Assembly (NCBI GenBank): GCA_002269645.1
Contig: NIVC01000052.1
Coordinates: 806,001-870,000, forward strand
Length of the DNA: 64,000 bases
Reading direction: 5' to 3'
Source: Macrostomum lignano
Lineage: Eukaryota
A program made the position numbers and the translations under genes. This document shows, piece by piece, positions 1 through 29,894 of the stretch. How positions within the stretch are numbered: the stretch's first letter is position 1; each line of letters opens with the position of its first letter. The notes under the pieces were generated by a model. It saw only the letters and a list, made by a program, of their open reading frames with translations. It was not told the origin of the DNA and ran no database searches.

Positions 1-722
1 CAACTCACTTGCAGGCAATCCACTTGAGGGCAAATTGTATTGCGGGCAAATCTCTATGGGCAATTTGCTCACAGGCAAAATGCACTGTGAACAAATCTCA
101 ATAGGCAATTCTTGGCAGGCAAATCTCCACGGGCAATTCCCTCATAGGCAAAATGCACTGCAGGCAAATCTTGGCAGAAAAAGCCCATCTCCTATGGGCA
201 AATCTTGGCAGGCAATTCATCTGCGGGCAATTCTCATGGACCCACCAACTAGACAGCAGGATGCCCAAGATAATGCTAGCATGCTATGTTTAGAGAAGCT
301 ATGCTTTAAGAAATCTAGAAGAAACTAGCAATCAGTGCCCCCCATTTGGGAGCCAAAAATGCAGTACAAGTTGGTTTAATAAACTACATGTAGCGTCTCT
401 TTGCATTTTATCCTAGCAGTCCCTTGTAAGCTTTGACATGTCAGCAATTCCCCCCACAAGCCTTAATATATCAACTCCCCCTTGACATCTCAGCGATGCC
501 CCCATAAGCCTTGAAATCTAAAAAATCTAATAATAGAGAAAAATAAATTAATAAAATCAGATGATTAAAATAAATGAATATGCTAAAAGAATGAGCAATC
601 TTGCAATATATAGGCTCTTTTAGTGACTCCATCCATTTGTAGTTTTTATTTTCAGATGGTCTAGAGGTCTAACTCTAATCTTGATATATTTATTACAAGT
701 AAAAAAATATTAGAATCAATAT

Positions 723-840
723 CAGGTGCATAGCCAGGATTCATGTCAAGGGAGGGGGGACAAAGACATCAATCCATTTCCAATGTTAGCAATGGAAGCA
801 TGCCCCTGGTGTCCGTGTACTCCCCTTGGCTACACCCCTG
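723..840. mobile_element. Short MITE-like element with about 14-bp imperfect terminal inverted repeats
   Basis: CAGGTGCATAGCCA at 723 matches the reverse complement of TGGCTACACCCCTG (ends 840) at 11/14 positions; no convincing TSD. Confidence 0.4.
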
Positions 841-1398
841 ATTAGTATCTAGGCCTAACTTCAATATTATAGGGCATAGTTTAAAATTAATGTGGATAAA
901 ATAAAAGGCTAATGTACTTTTATACTCTATAGAAGAATATAGGCCTACTTATTCATATCATGTAATAATATTACATGAGAAATTTTAGAATACTGCACGA
1001 GCTGCGACCTGTGTCTGTGAGCATAATAGAAATAAACTTGCTGACTAAATTGCATGGGTGGGTTTTCTAGACAGATATTCAGGCAGGCATTATATCTAAA
1101 AGATCGTCTGTTTTCTAAAAATTATTGTAGATTATTTTAATTTTTTAAATGTTTCAAGGGAGATTAAATTTTACTCACGATGCTGTTTTTATGAGTAAAA
1201 CAAAAGAAGAACAAAACTAGAGCCCCATTCTTACGTGCACTATCTCCTATCTTCATTATTGTCATCTATTCATCGATGTTTAAAATTTTTCGTGTCAAAG
1301 CTCCGTGTCATCATTCGTCTAATAGCCAAAAGGGAGCGAGGCAGACAACCCCACTATATAATAGAATTCAACCCGCTGAACATTACTTACATAACATA

Positions 1399-2145
1399 TA
1401 GCTTTTTGCAGCCCATTTAGGGTTACGCGCATTGAATTTAATCCAAGATATGTTTGTCAAAGCAATGGAGCTTTTGTCTATGGTAGCAAGGCTGGCACAG
1501 CGGCATTTAATTTGGTCCAACAAGCATCAATTTGGTCCATTTAGTTCATTTGCAGCTCAGTCCCAGAATTGTGGACCATATGCTAGGCTATTGAACGAAT
1601 GTCATTGGCTTGTGATCGAAGCACTCGACGGAGGTGAACACCCAAAGGACATTGCAAGGTTGCTGAATGTGAAAGAAATGGTGGTTTACAGCATCTAGCA
1701 GCGCGTTGAAACTCTGCCGGCAGAGACTGCCTGCGAAAGGGTGGCAATCGCCAAGGAAAGTTGCTCGAGAGCCTCAGGTCCAACTGCTACTCGATGCAGT
1801 GGAGACGAACCCTTTGTTGACGTTGCCGAAATGCAGCAGAAGTTGAGGGAACAGCTCCAGTTGGTTATCAGATTTCGACTATCAGCAGAGCTCTGGAAAA
1901 GCAACTGAAAACTTTTGGTAAGAGACGCTGACATTCCAGCGGTGCGCAACAACCTGCAGACGGTTGCGAGAAGGCAAGAGTTTGTCCAATGGCTCACGAG
2001 TGTTTGGACCAAATGGATGCTTTTTGGACCAAATTAAATGCCGCTGCGCCAGCCGTGCTACCATAGACAAAAGCTCTGTTACATTGGCAAATGTATCTTG
2101 GATTAAATTAAATGCGCGTAAGCCCAAATGGGCTGCAAAATGCTA
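1399..2145 (+). mobile_element. Non-autonomous Tc1/mariner/IS630-like DNA transposon (internal deletion derivative), copy 1
   Basis: About 130-bp TIRs (TAGCTTTTTGCAGCCC... / ...GGGCTGCAAAATGCTA) flanked by TA on both sides. Internal frameshifted HTH-like fragments (VIEALDGGEHPKDIARLLNV; EMQQKLREQLQLV). No DDE domain seen. A second copy lies at 44711-46466. Confidence 0.75.
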
Positions 2146-2570
2146 TATTATTATGTATTTAACTGAAACGAGTTTAAAATTGTGCCACGTAGTATTTCAA
2201 CTATCCATGGCACACACAAAGATGCGTTAAACTACCTGCGATTATATGAATTTTATGGCTGCCGTTCCGAAACCAATGAGAGCTTCAAGAAGAATGACAT
2301 TCTGCTTGTTCTGGTTGTTCCGATCCTCGCCTTCATTTCCCCTTACGACGTAACGACGTCGTGTGCTTGAAAGAACTCTACCGGACTAGAAGTGCAGCTA
2401 CGCAATCCCGAGCTTTCAGTGAATGCTTCTGTCAGACACTTCTTGCATGGGAGTCTTGCACTCCCTTTTCTCGGACTGAACTCGCCTCTCTTCCAGTTGT
2501 TGTCGCACCGCTACTCGTATCTGAAACCCTTGGCTGGCGTTTGATGGTCAGGCGGATTGGAAAAGTTCTC

Positions 2571-2980
2571 CACAGGACACTCGCAAGGTCTTGCACAGGA
2601 TACTCGCAGGTGTTGCAGAGAGATGCAGATCTTGTACAGGACACTCGCAAGGTCTTGCACAGGACACTCGCAAGGTGTTGCACAGGACACTCGCAAGGTG
2701 TTGCACAGGACACTCGCAAGGTCTTGCACAGGACACTCGCAAGGTGTTGCACAGGACACTCGCAAGGTGTTGCACAGGACACTCGCAAGGTCTTGCACAG
2801 GACACTCGCAAGGTGTTGCACAGGACACTCGCAAGGTGTTGCACAGGACACTCGCAAGGTCTTGCACAGGACACTCGCAAGGTGTTGCACAGGACACTCG
2901 CAGGTGTTGCACAGAGATGCAGGTCTTGCACTTCAGGACACTCGCAAGGTCTTGCACAGAGAAACAAGTCCTGCACACTC
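2571..2980. repeat. 23-bp minisatellite (CACAGGACACTCGCAAGGTSTTG)n
   Basis: Direct tandem units visible, about 17 copies. Confidence 0.9.
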
Positions 2981-3674
2981 GCAAGAATAAGCTACAAGCT
3001 AGTAGCTTACAAAATGGACTGATTAGGTTTACTAATCATTCATTTACTAATTCATTCCTATAGGATGGGCACGAGGGAAGTACATGATTGCCAGTGCAGA
3101 TCAGCCCAAGAAGAGTGTTTTGGGAAGCCACAGAGCTTCCCAACAGAAACATGGACGAAGGGGCTTCTCTCTCAGTCGGGGCAATGATGGCGGAATGTCA
3201 ACAGTCAGACTCAGTCAGACTCAGCCGCACCGATTCCTGAGCATCGGAAATCGGCAGATGTTTCGGAATGCCTGGCCTCTCTTTCAAAACATTTTTCGGG
3301 AATAATCATTCATCGTCAGATCCGCAGTCTAATTGTAGTCTCAGCCAGTTCCATCTCGGTGTTGTTCGTGCGTACCTGGCTGCATTTCTAAATCAGATGA
3401 AGTATAGATGAAGCCAATTTATGCATGCACGTGTTGTTTCAAGCAAGCGGTACTCCGGGGAGCATTTTTCTGCAATTAATTTATGTTAAACATCGAACCA
3501 TTACTTGAATTAAAAAGCCCTACCTTCTCAGCCAGCCAATGACATGGCTTCCAGCTTCAAGGCCAATAGAAATTTCCCGAGTGCTGCTTCGAGAGCTTGC
3601 AGGAACGCCGACTTAAATATTATTAGCACAATGACGTTTAATAACGAACGCGTCATTTCTGTCTGCATCCGAAG

Positions 3675-16286
<12,612 letters not shown>

Positions 16287-17205
16287 CGTCCGTTTGACAT
16301 TCCGGAGTTATTTTCACATGTAAATAAGGAATTACCTAAAAGTATAGAAACCGATTTAAAAAACCCGAAAGCTCTGCTTGGTTCGGACGGATTTCAAATC
16401 ATAGAATATATTTCTGCAATCCTTGATAATACTTTTGCGCATCCTTCTGAAACATTAGAATTAGAACGTTCTGTTGCTACCTTGTTTACATTATTGAACC
16501 GAAACGACTCGATGAATGAACACTGAATTAGTTAGCTGTGGCTCAGTCCGCTATAGAGCATCTAGTTAGTTAGTTCGGGAGCTAATCCCGCGGATAATTG
16601 ACGGTTCAAGCGGCAAAAGCTGATCCAATTAATCCGGCCGGAGAGTCCCCAGGTGGCAATGCCTAAGCCTGGGCTTACTGGTAGATTGCTATGGGCACTG
16701 AGGCAATTGATTTTCTTTGCCTAAGCCTGTCTGTCTGGCATGAAGGCCTCCCACAAAGGAAGCTATCAATGCAGTACTTGAAGCGCAGGGCAGGGAGCGC
16801 TTGAAAAATTTGTCTCTAGGTAACCAAAAGCAGAAAGTGAAAAGTCACTATCCAGCTTACTCGTTTAGACTGTGAGCTGTGGATAGATTGCTGCAGCTTA
16901 GCTTAAATTGTAACCGCATCGGCCAAGAGCTCTTCCTTGAGTAGTCAGGAGCGTGCATTTTTACACTTTTAAGCGCCTTTAAGAGTGACCAGATGAGTTG
17001 CTAGAAGTGCAGCCAGCCCACTACTTTGGAGCAACAGTACTGTGACTTGATTAAAGGCATCAGCGCTCTGATTATCGCATTGCTCTTCCGTTCCAGCGGA
17101 CTCACCTGGGCTCCGTGTAGTTATTTATATTATATAGGCTTGGTAATTTGCCTTTATTCAGCACAATATGCACTCAAGGGCTCACAGAACTCCCTCACAA
17201 CCGAG

Positions 17206-17486
17206 AGTAGGAAGTAGTGAGTAGGGAGTAGGAAGTAGGAAGTAGGGAGTAGGGAGTAGGGAGCAGACATCGTAGGCAGTAGGGAGTAGGGAGTAGGGAG
17301 TAGGCAGTAGGGAGTAGGGAGTAGGCAGTAGGGAGTAGGGAGTAGGCAGTAGGGAGTAGGGAGTAGGCAGTAGGGAGTAGGGAGTTGGCAGTAGGGAGTA
17401 GGGAGCAGACATCGTAGGCAGTAGGGAGTAGGCAGTAGGTAGTAGGCAGTAGGCAGTAGGCAGTAGGGAGTAAGGAGTAGGGAGTA
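17206..17486. repeat. 7-bp G-rich repeat (GTAGGGA/GTAGGCA)n
   Basis: Tandem units visible. Confidence 0.9.
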
Positions 17487-18854
17487 GAGATTAGGAGCCT
17501 GCTTGCAGAAATCCTGAGTCGGTCGCGGAAGCTTAAAACTTTTTGAATAGTTCAATAATTTCTTTCTCTCTTTTTAAAAGTGCAAAAAACGCAAACTTTG
17601 CTACTGGTGAAAGAGTAGACGAGCGCATTCATATTTGGTTATTATTAGTATAAGCAAATAAACAGCTGCATGCGAGAATCTGCCTTGGCCGTCTCACTTG
17701 CAGCAGTCTATTTAGTCGACCTATGCAACGTACCAGACGTTTGCACACTTATAGTGAATGCATATTGAATACGCCGTACATAAATAGACCCACTGTAAGA
17801 CTCGAGACTTAGCAAAAAAAGAGGCGTAAGTTTGAGTCAGCTGATGCCAATATGAGGCTGGTTCTGTATACGTTGGCTAAGTGCTCAAGTTCGTACGAAG
17901 AGTACGTGGCTAATTAGATTGAGCGCAATTTAGACTGTTAGTGAGCCTTAGCGCAGGGTAAATAAAGCTCATGTTACGCTTTAGGTAGGCGCTGACCACA
18001 CTCACTATTATATATACCGATATATGAATATGCGACCTAGTTACCGGGTCTGACAATCCGGAAAGAAGATCGTACACTAATGGCTGGTCGTTGTAGTCGA
18101 ATAAGTTGAAGGGGCCAGTCTCGGTTTCTTGTTTTTATTTCTCTATGTTGAGCCAGGTTGCTTTCTGTAATAATTTGTCTTTTCTAATATGCGTGAAGCT
18201 GAGCAAATCCAACATGATTGAGCAGCCAATAAATTGAGTCTATTGTAGTAAGAGACCGTCTTTACGGCCAGCCAATCACAGTGGACAGCGGCTCAACCAA
18301 TAGGAGCTCCGCCAATCACGGTCGACAGCGGCTCAACCAATTTGAAAAACGCTTCAGGTGCCGCTAGGCGAGCCGAGGCTAGAGGAGGGAGCCAGGCAGA
18401 GGGCAAAATAATTACCATTAAATAATTAACAAATAGGGGGGGTAGAGAGAGCCAGCACAGCCAATCAGCACACACCGCACAGGGTAGAGCTGATTAGATG
18501 AACCAAGGGGGGGAAGGGCAAGAAAGACTGCCCAATCGGCGCGCAGAGAAGTTGGGGTGGGAGGGGGCCGGGCAGCAAAAATGGGATATCACTTGACGCA
18601 TTATGTACGATGCTTTAGTAACCCTGAATTAAAAATTTGCAACTTGATTTGGCCTGTTGCCACTTGACTTGAATATGTCGCACTTTAAACTGTAGGCTCG
18701 TATATTAATGCTAAAGTTATTTACATTAACTAAATCACCAATAAAAAGTTACTGTCCTAACTTTAAACTTTGTAGAAATTAATTTATAACTTAACTTCTA
18801 CGTACTTATTGTAGCATACAAAGGTCATTCACCAGCTCACCAGTTTTTCTAAGA

Positions 18855-19270
18855 AAACATGGGGAGGGGTGGGGCAAGCTCAACACCCTGGAATAGGAGG
18901 GACCCAGGGGCAGGAAAACAGGGGGGTTGAGGCGAGGCCCAAGCCCAACACCCTGGAGGAGGAGGGACCCAGGGGCAGGAAACAGGGGGGGAGGGTTGGA
19001 GGCGAGGCCCAAGCCCAACACCCTCGATGAGGAACTGAAGGGCAGGAAAACATGGGGATGGGGCGAGGCCCAAGCCCAACACCCTGGAGGAGAAGGGACT
19101 CGGGGGGCAGGAAAACAGGGGGTGGGGGCGAGGCCCAAGGCCAACACCCTCGATGAGGGACTGAAGGGCAGGAAAACATGGGATGGGGCGAGGCCCAAGC
19201 CCAACACCCTGGAGGAGGGACTCAGGGGCAGGATTACAGAGGGGTGGGGGTGGGGCGAGGCCCAAACCCA
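18855..19270. repeat. About 60-bp degenerate GC-rich tandem repeat
   Basis: GGCGAGGCCCAAGCCCAACACCCT recurs 6-7 times. Confidence 0.8.
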
Positions 19271-19748
19271 GACCCACAGATATCTGTGCCCAGACCTAGC
19301 AGAGGGGTTCTAGTTCTAGGTAGGGGCGAAAAAACGAGTGAGCAGAGCTCAGGCAGACTAGGCAGGATGCGCAATGTATAACATTGTCTGGCAATTTCAT
19401 TATATGTAAAACAATGTAATACCGTGTAGCATACATTTATGGTATATTTGTTCGTTTCATCACACTGTATCAACTTAAGCGTACTGTTTAGCATACATTT
19501 AGTATCTACTAAAATATTAGAGATTTAGTATATTGTGAAGGTATATAGTTTATATGGGTTGCCCTGATGTGGAGCCATTAGAGAGACAATGTGAAAATTT
19601 ATCTGCTGCCAATGCCAACACCATCAGATAGCAGATGAAGAATACGGTACAAAGTACAAACGAGCTATCAAATTGACCAGTTTCTTTGAACAAACACGGA
19701 GACCAGCATTTCAGCAGACGTCAATCCATTCAGCTGAAAGGCAAAAAA

Positions 19749-21497
19749 TCAAGCCTCTGTGTTCAGGTGGCAGCCGATGCAAGCTGAAGGTGAGCAGCCG
19801 TTTGCGCACTTGACGCCAATAGTCTTGGACGCCTCAGGGCCCTCGTCATCGTCCATTAGGCGCAGCGTAGTCGTCGGCGTCGCCGTCTGCTTTGGAATCG
19901 TCCCGGTCGCCTCCGACTCCTCTCGCGCCCGACCGAGCTCCGCTCCGCGCCTCAGCCGCTGCCGTCGCCGCCGAGCCGTCAGACTGCACGTGAGAGCCGC
20001 TGCGGCCGTCCAGAGGAAGCCCACGCCGATCAGGACCCACTGGCCCCAGGTAGCCGCCCGAATTGGTGTCAGCAGGTGCAGACGAAACAGCGCAGCCTTG
20101 CCCGGCTCGATCTTGGCGCTTTCATTCAGCCACATTAGCGGCATCAGCAGCAGGGAGGTATTGAGTCGCTCAGTCTGTTCGAAGCCCGGCACCCGCTGGA
20201 CAATGACGCTGCTCTGCATCTTGCGCTGCGCGCTCAGCACGAAGCCCGTGTTTGGCTCCACGTTCACCACCGTTTCCAGATCCGGCGTTGGGTCGAGCCC
20301 TGTTACCGCCGTCTGATAGGCCGGGGCTCCGAAAAAGTGAGGCGACGATACCACGATGGGGACATTGTGCTGGCAGGTGGTAACGTTCAGCACGCCCGAA
20401 TCGAGGCAATCCGGCTGGCAGAAGGCCTGGTTCGGCGGCCACAGTGTCGCATTCATCAGCAGCTCTGGGGGCGGGCGGAACCGCAGTACCGGGATGCCTT
20501 CAACAGTGCCCGAACCGTTGTACACAATGTCTATGGGCCGGCAGATGTCCGGTACGAACAGGGTTAGCCTGTCAGCTGGCCGCACAGGCGGCGGGAACAT
20601 GCTGCCGTCTGTCCCGGCCACTCTGTTGGCCCAGTCCTGGCTCCACAAGCTCAGCCGATCGACACCTTTCCACCGTTCAACCTGATTGAAAAGGCTCAGG
20701 TTCTGTCTGCCGGTGTTGACCAGCATGCAGCCTTTGTCCGTGTCGTTCTGACCGGCGAACAGACCAGTTGTCGACTGGAATCTCTGGTTTGGACTCAACA
20801 TTTTGACAAGAGACTCAATCTTGGCTAGGCCGGGATCTCGATAGCCCAGCAAGATCTCTCCCGCTGAGCGGGTGACAAACAGGCCTCCGCTGTACTCGCG
20901 CAGGTAGCTGTCAACCATCTTGCGCAGAAAGATGGACTCGAATCTCATCTGGAAGCTGGTCACCAGGTAGGGCATGTTGACGGAGGTGACTTGAAAATCC
21001 CTGAGATCGCCAACTGACAGGTCCGGCCGGAATCTGTACCGGAGGAACTCGCGGTAGGACACGGTGCCGTTCTCGTGGAACTCGATGTCCCTCTTCTGTC
21101 TGGTCTCGACAAAGGTGAAGGGGCCCAGCTGCTCCAGAGCGGGCGCGGCCCCGGCCTTCACCACAGCGCTCGGATTCGTGACGTTGAACAGCCACACCTG
21201 GAATAGGATCTCGGTGGGAACTTTCTCCCAGCCCTGGTAGGACATGGACCCGTTAGCCAATGGCATCACCGCCTTGAGATGGTCGCTGAACACTCGATCG
21301 AATCCCAGAGCTACGGCGGCGCCGAGAACTACGCAGGCGATGGCGGAGGCGATGCAGACTCCGGCGCAGCAGCGGCGCAGGCAGCTGGCACGATGTCGCC
21401 GACGGCGGCTCAGCGACCTGCTCTCCACCTCACTGGCGCTGGCGTTGGTCGACGCTGAGGAAACTGAGGTATTCATGGGTGCAGCTGGTGCAGCCAT
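19749..21497 (-). CDS. CD36 / scavenger receptor class B family protein (SCARB1/LIMP-2-like), single exon, 582 aa
   Basis: Two terminal TM helices; family motifs WLFNVTNP, LEQLGPFTFVE, NGTVSY, GTDGSMFPP, PDICR, SGVLNVTTC, VSSPHF, VEPNTG; many N-glycosylation sequons; uninterrupted ORF. Confidence 0.93.
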   Translation of the reverse strand: MAAPAAPMNTSVSSASTNASASEVESRSLSRRRRHRASCLRRCCAGVCIASAIACVVLGAAVALGFDRVFSDHLKAVMPLANGSMSYQGWEKVPTEILFQVWLFNVTNPSAVVKAGAAPALEQLGPFTFVETRQKRDIEFHENGTVSYREFLRYRFRPDLSVGDLRDFQVTSVNMPYLVTSFQMRFESIFLRKMVDSYLREYSGGLFVTRSAGEILLGYRDPGLAKIESLVKMLSPNQRFQSTTGLFAGQNDTDKGCMLVNTGRQNLSLFNQVERWKGVDRLSLWSQDWANRVAGTDGSMFPPPVRPADRLTLFVPDICRPIDIVYNGSGTVEGIPVLRFRPPPELLMNATLWPPNQAFCQPDCLDSGVLNVTTCQHNVPIVVSSPHFFGAPAYQTAVTGLDPTPDLETVVNVEPNTGFVLSAQRKMQSSVIVQRVPGFEQTERLNTSLLLMPLMWLNESAKIEPGKAALFRLHLLTPIRAATWGQWVLIGVGFLWTAAAALTCSLTARRRRQRLRRGAELGRAREESEATGTIPKQTATPTTTLRLMDDDEGPEASKTIGVKCANGCSPSACIGCHLNTEA

Positions 21498-22149
21498 TCA
21501 CTTGAGCTGCTCTGCTCTGCGGGGCTGGTGCGGTGGCAAGCGTTTTTTGTTTTTGCAGCAAACGAAAGAATTAAATAGAAAAGCTGTAGGGCGGCGTGCG
21601 GTGAGGGCAGGGAGCTCCTGTCCAGCTGTTTTTGCGCTTCGCATTCTCTTTCAAATTCGAGTTCGGCAAACCACTGACCCTCCTATTTTCGTCTATTTTT
21701 TTCACTTTTCTGTTGTTCCAAGGCGCTCTATTCTCGGCTACTGGCGATGCGGGGACCCACAGCGAAGTGAGCAGCAGGCTGAGTCAGTTGTAAAATTAAC
21801 CTCGGATAGAGAGGGACAGTCTAATTCTCTTTGCTTCGCACTGGCCTTGATGGTGACTTGTGCACACTCTGAAACAGATTAGTTAGAACTAGCAATCTAG
21901 TGCGGCCCCCCTTCGGGGCGCCCAATAAGAAAGGAGCAAAAACAGTTCATGGAAAAAAATAAAAAGGCACATTTTCTTAAACACCAATTCCTTCTTCACT
22001 TTTAAAAACCATCTTATTCGTGTAAAATTGTCACGGACAAAGATGTTTGCAAAGTGAAAGAACCACTTTTTCTCTAAAATTAACAACAAACTACAAAATA
22101 TAGCTTCCCCTAAATAGAAATAGAAAATATTCCCAAGACAGCAAGCACC

Positions 22150-22815
22150 CCCCTCCAAAAGTAAACGACCGCAGATAGCAAGCATCCTCTAATGCTCATA
22201 GCAAGCATCACCCCAGATAGCAAGCATCTGCAGATAGCAAGCATCCCCCAGATAGAAGCATCCACCCAGATAGCAAGCATTCTGCAGATAGCAAGCATCC
22301 CCCAGATATTGTTGAAGCATCCACCCAGATAGCAAGCATCCTGCAGATAGCAAGCACCGCCCAGATATTATAGAAGAATCCACCCAGATAGCAAGCATCT
22401 GCAGATAGCAAGCACCGCCCAGATATTATAGAAGAATCCACCCAGATAGCAAGCATCTGCAGATAGCAAGCACCGCCCAGATATTATAGAAGAATCCACC
22501 CAGATAGCAAGCATCTGCAGATAGCAAGCATCCCCCAGATAGAAGCATCCACCCAGATAGCAAGCATCTGCAGATAGCAAGCATCCCCCAGATAGAAGCA
22601 TCCACCCAGATAGCAAGCATCTGCAGATAGCAAGCACCGCCCAGATATTATAGAAGAATCCACCCAGATAGCAAGCATCCTGCAGATAGCAAGAATCCCT
22701 AAATAGCAAGCATCCCTGGATAGAAAGAATTCCATACATGTAGCCAGCACCCCCTCTCCCAAATAGCAAGTATCCCCCCTCGAGAGCAAGCATCCTCCAG
22801 ACAGCAAGCATCACC
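22150..22815. repeat. Composite minisatellite built on AGATAGCAAGCATC
   Basis: Recurring 14-nt core with variable spacers. Confidence 0.85.
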
Positions 22816-23034
22816 CCACATAATGCAGGCTTGCTCTTGCTCTTGTTGCTAATGCAACATTTGACATGTTACCTCCGCTAATGCAATAATCGCTTTCTCA
22901 GGTTTTGCAACAATCCACGTCTCAGCGAGCGCAATAATCTCTTTTTTAGACAGCGCAATAATCAGCTTCTCAGCTAGTGCAATAATCCTTTACTCCAAGT
23001 CCAAAAATCGATGTCTCAGCTAGTGCAATAGCCC

Positions 23035-24915
23035 TTTATAATCTAGTGCAGTAATCCTTGGCTTATCAAGTGCAATAATCCTTGGTTTATCAATTACAAT
23101 ATTCCTTATTATCAAAGTGCGATAATCCTTGGCTTATCAAGTGCAATAATCCATGACTTATCAAGCGCAGTAATCCTTGGTTTATCAAGTGCAGTAATCC
23201 TTGGTTTATCAAGTGCAGTTGGTTTATCAAGTGCAATAATCTTTGGTTTATCAAGTGCAATAATTTCTAGTTTATCAAGTGCAGTAATCCTTGGTTTATC
23301 AAGTGCAGTAATCCTTGGTTTATCAAGTGCAGTAATCCTTGGTTTATCAAGTGCAGTTGGTTTATCAAGTGCAATGATCTTTGGTTTATCAAGTGCAATA
23401 ATTTCTAGTTTATCAAGTGCAGTAATCCTTGGTTTATCAAGTGCGATAATCATTGGCTTATCAAGTGCAATAATCCATGACTTATCAAGCGCAGTAATCC
23501 TTGGTTTATCAAGTGCAGTAATCCTTGGTTTATCAAGTGCAGTTGGTTTATCAAGTGCAATAATCTTTGGTTTATCAAGTGCAATAATTTCTAGTTTATC
23601 AAGTGCAGTAATCCTTGGTTTATCAAGTGCAGTAATCCTTGGTTTATCAAGTGCAGTAATCCTTGGTTTATCAAGTGCAGTAATCCTTGGTTTATCAAGT
23701 GCAGTTGGTTTATCAAGTGCAATGATCTTTGGTTTATCAAGTGCAATAATTTCTAGTTTATCAAGTGCAGTAATCCTTGGTTTATCAAGTGCGATAATCA
23801 TTGGCTTATCAAGTGCAATAATCCATGACTTATCAAGCGCAGTAATCCTTGGTTTATCAAGTGCAGTAATCCTTGGTTTATCAAGTGCAGTTGGTTTATC
23901 AAGTGCAATAATCTTTGGTTTATCAAGGGCAATAATTTCTAGTTTATCAAGTGCAGTAATCCTTGGCTTATCAAGTGCAATAATCCATGACTTATCAAGT
24001 GCAGTAATCCTTGGTTTATCAAGTGCGATAATCCTTGGCTTATCAAGTGCAATAATCCATGACTTATCAAGCGCAGTAATCCTTGGTTTATCAAGTGCAG
24101 TAATCCTTGGTTTATCAAGTGCAGTAATCCTTGGTTTATCAAGTGCAGTAATCCTTGGTTTATCAAGTGCAGTTGGTTTATCAAGTGCAATAATCTTTGG
24201 TTTATCAAGTGCAATAATTTCTAGTTTATCAAGTGCAATAATCCTTGGTTTATCAAGTGCAGTAATCCTTGGTTTATCAAGTGCAGTAATCCTTGGTTTA
24301 TCAAGTGCAGTTGGTTTATCAAGTGCAATGATCTTTGGTTTATCAAGTGCAATAATTTCTAGTTTATCAAGTGCAGTAATCCTTGGTTTATCAAGTGCGA
24401 TAATCATTGGCTTATCAAGTGCAATAATCCATGACTTATCAAGCGCAGTAATCCTTGGTTTATCAAGTGCAGTAATCCTTGGTTTATCAAGTGCAGTTGG
24501 TTTATCAAGTGCAATAATCTTTGGTTTATCAAGGGCAATAATTTCTAGTTTATCAAGTGCAGTAATCCTTGGCTTATCAAGTGCAATAATCCATGACTTA
24601 TCAAGTGCAGTAATCCTTGGTTTATCAAGTGCGATAATCCTTGGCTTATCAAGTGCAATAATCCATGACTTATCAAGCGCAGTAATCCTTGGTTTATCAA
24701 GTGCAGTAATCCTTGGTTTATCAAGTGCAGTAATCCTTGGTTTATCAAGTGCAGTAATCCTTGGTTTATCAAGTGCAGTTGGTTTATCAAGTGCAATAAT
24801 CTTTGGTTTATCAAGTGCAATAATTTCTAGTTTATCAAGTGCAGTAATCCTTGGTTTATCAAGTGCAATAATCCTTGGTTTATCAAGTGCAATAATCCTT
24901 GGCTTATCAAGTGCA
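23035..24915. repeat. 24-bp satellite (TTATCAAGTGCAGTAATCCTTGGT)n with 18-bp variants and a 606-bp higher-order duplication
   Basis: Identical 91-aa translations at 23939-24214 and 24545-24820. Confidence 0.95.
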
Positions 24916-26190
24916 ATAATCCTTGGTTCATCTTGTGCCATAATCCAGGTCTTTTTAATTAGTCCTTTAATAAAAGCTTTCAATGAAAAAATTTATGCTA
25001 CTTTTATTTTTTATTTTACACTACTAAGATCGAACCCAAGTCGCTGCATTAGCAGTCCAATCTGTTCACCTCTATTCTAGCTCTCATTGAAATTATAACG
25101 GAATTTGTAGCAAGAGCCTGCGCTACAATCTGGAACAATTCTTCTCAAGCAAGACTACTAAGACCTAATCATAATGGCTAACACTGTGTTGACCTGCCAT
25201 GAACTTGCAGATTCGGTGGCCGTATAGTCCAAAGCTCAGTCTTGCACCGAAATGAGGTCTTATAATACAGACTCTATTGCACAGTGTCGAGTGCGGACAT
25301 TCAAAGAGTATTAGGGGTACAGAACTCAGCTTACCGTAGAACTTGCGTCACTGTGATGCAATCTGTCTCTCGGCTTGCGTTAGTGAAACCAGATCATCCA
25401 GAAGGCGATGTAATATAAATAAAACTCCTTACGTTGCGGCGGGTGTCAGATTAGTCACGACTTTTATTGCTAATCTCAGCCCGCGCACTCTACCCTGCTG
25501 CAAGGACGAATAAAGTAACGTATATACTTAAGTAGCCCTGCCCTGCTGTTGCCGAGCAGTTCTAATCGACCCCAACAATTTCTCACTTCCTGTCGAAGTA
25601 CAGACAGTGTGAATTCAACAACCTCCGCACTCCGAGACCCTCAGCTCATGTTGGAAGTAATATCAGAGATTTCCCCTAAGTTCTGTTGCTATGACAGCTG
25701 TTACTAAACAGCTGTTACTTATGGAGAAGTCGATAGAAATCCTCTTCCTGTCCCCTCACACCCCCACCCCCCACAAGAACGCCTACATCCCAGACGTTAG
25801 CTTGTGGCTGCTGTGATTTCCTCTCGGGTTTACTGGGTGAGAACTCTTGAGCTCAAGGTTTGAACTTGTGTGCCAAAATTTCTTACTTGGCAAAGTGCTA
25901 GCGAACTTAACCGTTTCTGCCTACTTCTGTCTCCCGCAATACTAGGCAAAAAAATTTTTCGCCAAGGTATACCTGGGTGCAGCACTAGGTACGAATACAC
26001 GGTGTTCGTAAGTCTGGCAGTGCGCGCGCACGAGTGATTTAATTAATCCCCAGCGGCCCCAGAAAAGTCAATTCGGATGATGCAGTTGGCAAACAAATGC
26101 GATGCCCGCAGTGTTTGCTCTGGCTGGGAGCTGCGGCTGGTCAGACAGAACTGACTTCTGTGATTATCGCTGCAGTTATAAGATAGCAAA

Positions 26191-29894
<3,704 letters not shown>

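Noticed and set aside
19600-19760. Retrocopy hallmarks for the CD36 gene
   Set aside because: No poly-A tract or flanking direct repeat found, so retroposition is not directly supported.
19759-21882. Overlapping and antisense ORFs over the CD36, FAX, Kv and gag-pol coding regions
   Set aside because: Expected shadows of GC-rich codon usage; no motifs.
25409-25579. TG...CA segment with AATAAA resembling a solo LTR
   Set aside because: No matching target-site duplication at the candidate ends.
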